A DNA stretch of 63,992 nt, the filler included, from Octopus bimaculoides (lineage: Eukaryota), in assembly GCF_001194135.2 (NCBI RefSeq). It is 6 parts of 6 records of this genome, joined end to end, with 100 filler letters (N's around TTAATTAATTAA, not from the genome) between each part and the next. Parts side by side here need not be neighbours in the genome. Positions count along the whole stretch, not along the records: positions 62,864 to 63,992 come from NW_026434591.1; 5 more parts are not named here. The stretch is one strand, 5' to 3'. Position 1 is the stretch's first letter, and the number at the start of each line of letters is the position of its first letter. This document shows, piece after piece, positions 62,864-63,992 of the stretch. A model generated the notes under the pieces. The model did not search any database and was not told where the DNA came from. It saw only the letters and a program-made list of their open reading frames with translations. The position numbers and the translations under genes are program-made.

Positions 62864-63992
62864 AAGATTTTCTCTTCGCAGTTATTCCCCTTGATACGTA
62901 TTAACATTTCGTGTTTTTCAGTTATCTCCCTTTATTATTATTTTTTTTGGTTTCTTTTTTAATCAAAATGTTAGTTCCTTAATTTCTTCTGCAAATTTTA
63001 ATGTCTTATAACTTTAGTTCTGTAGAAGACAACAATGTCTCTGTAAAAACCATCCTTTTTGCAACTCATTATACTTTTGAAATTTCTCTCTACTTAAATG
63101 TCATTTTTATAATGTCTTTGTTATATTTAAGAACAACATTTCATGGTGTAATAATGAATATCTCGGAATCCCGTTCAGCTTATTTCTCCAGTTTTAGAAT
63201 TTAATGATAAAGTCCCCATGAAAAATTCGTTACCTGTATCTCTCGTGATGAATATGTTAAGAATAAATCCCTGTAAAGGGAAGAATTTTTAAAAATCGTT
63301 CTATAAATTTGCCTCCGGAATTCATTTTCAGCAATGGTAGTCATAGCTTCCCAACTCAGTCCCACTGCATGGCACCCAGGACAAATGTCTTCTGATATAG
63401 CCGCGGGCTGAGCAAAACCTTGTGAGTGGAAGAGAGTCAGCCTCGATGAGATGGAGTTTGGTTTCGTGCCAGGGAGAAATACTAGTGAAGCTATTTACCT
63501 GTTCAGACCACGATTTCGTGGATGGAAGCAACATTTATTTGGGTGTTTGTGTCTGTGTTTGTCCCCCAACCGTTTGAGAGCCTGTTTTGGTATATTCATG
63601 TACCTGCAACTGAGTGGTTCAGCGAAATAGACAGATAGAATAAGTCTCAGGATGAACAAGAAAAATAAATTATCAATTGTGTCGATTCTATCGACTAAAA
63701 TTCTTCAAAGCGCTGCCCCAGCATGGCCACAGCGAAATGACAAAATCTAGAAAAAGATTTAAAAAGTGAGTGTGTGTGTATGTGCGTGCATGCGTGTGTG
63801 TGTGTGTTTGGGAACATGTCCATGTTTATACTGTGTAAATTCAAACACGACTCTACAAGCCACAACTTAAAAAAAAAATAAGAGACAGAGACGGAGAGAA
63901 AAAGGGAAAATGTCCGTTGCATTTGAAAACTATGGAAATAGTTTTTTTAAAAAACATTTCATTGAATTTTTCCACAATTTAATTGTTTTTCA

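Overview
Eukaryotic, AT-rich, microsatellite-saturated draft genomic DNA. The SINE, LINE and microsatellite make-up points to an octopus genome, probably Octopus bimaculoides (inference, not verified). The window is not one locus: five identical artificial linkers (44 N + TTAATTAATTAA + 44 N) join six separate scaffolds (1-24816, 24917-43782, 43883-57771, 57872-59719, 59820-62763, 62864-end). Host genes read from the sequence are the last four coding exons of mitochondrial methionine aminopeptidase METAP1D (+, 44728-48700), one C-terminal exon of an axonemal dynein heavy chain, most like DNAH2 (+, 59158-59308), one exon of a probable ovothiol synthase OvoA (-, 61070-61233), and an unidentified phase-compatible three-exon coding candidate (-, 22098-18194). 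The rest is mobile DNA: several tRNA-derived SINE families, R4/Dong-type RLE retrotransposon fragments, an RTE 3' end, a decayed Penelope element, mariner/Tc1/Tigger relics, hAT MITEs, Helentron-type HINEs and foldback elements. The strongest hidden signal is RNA-structural: four unrelated families of minimal type I hammerhead-ribozyme motifs. One of them (6591-7071) delimits a highly self-complementary 350-nt ribozyme-to-ribozyme monomer with a perfect 96-bp 5' inversion, the expected footprint of a non-LTR retrozyme (circular-RNA-forming, Penelope-mobilised). No CRISPR array, rRNA or true tRNA gene is supported.
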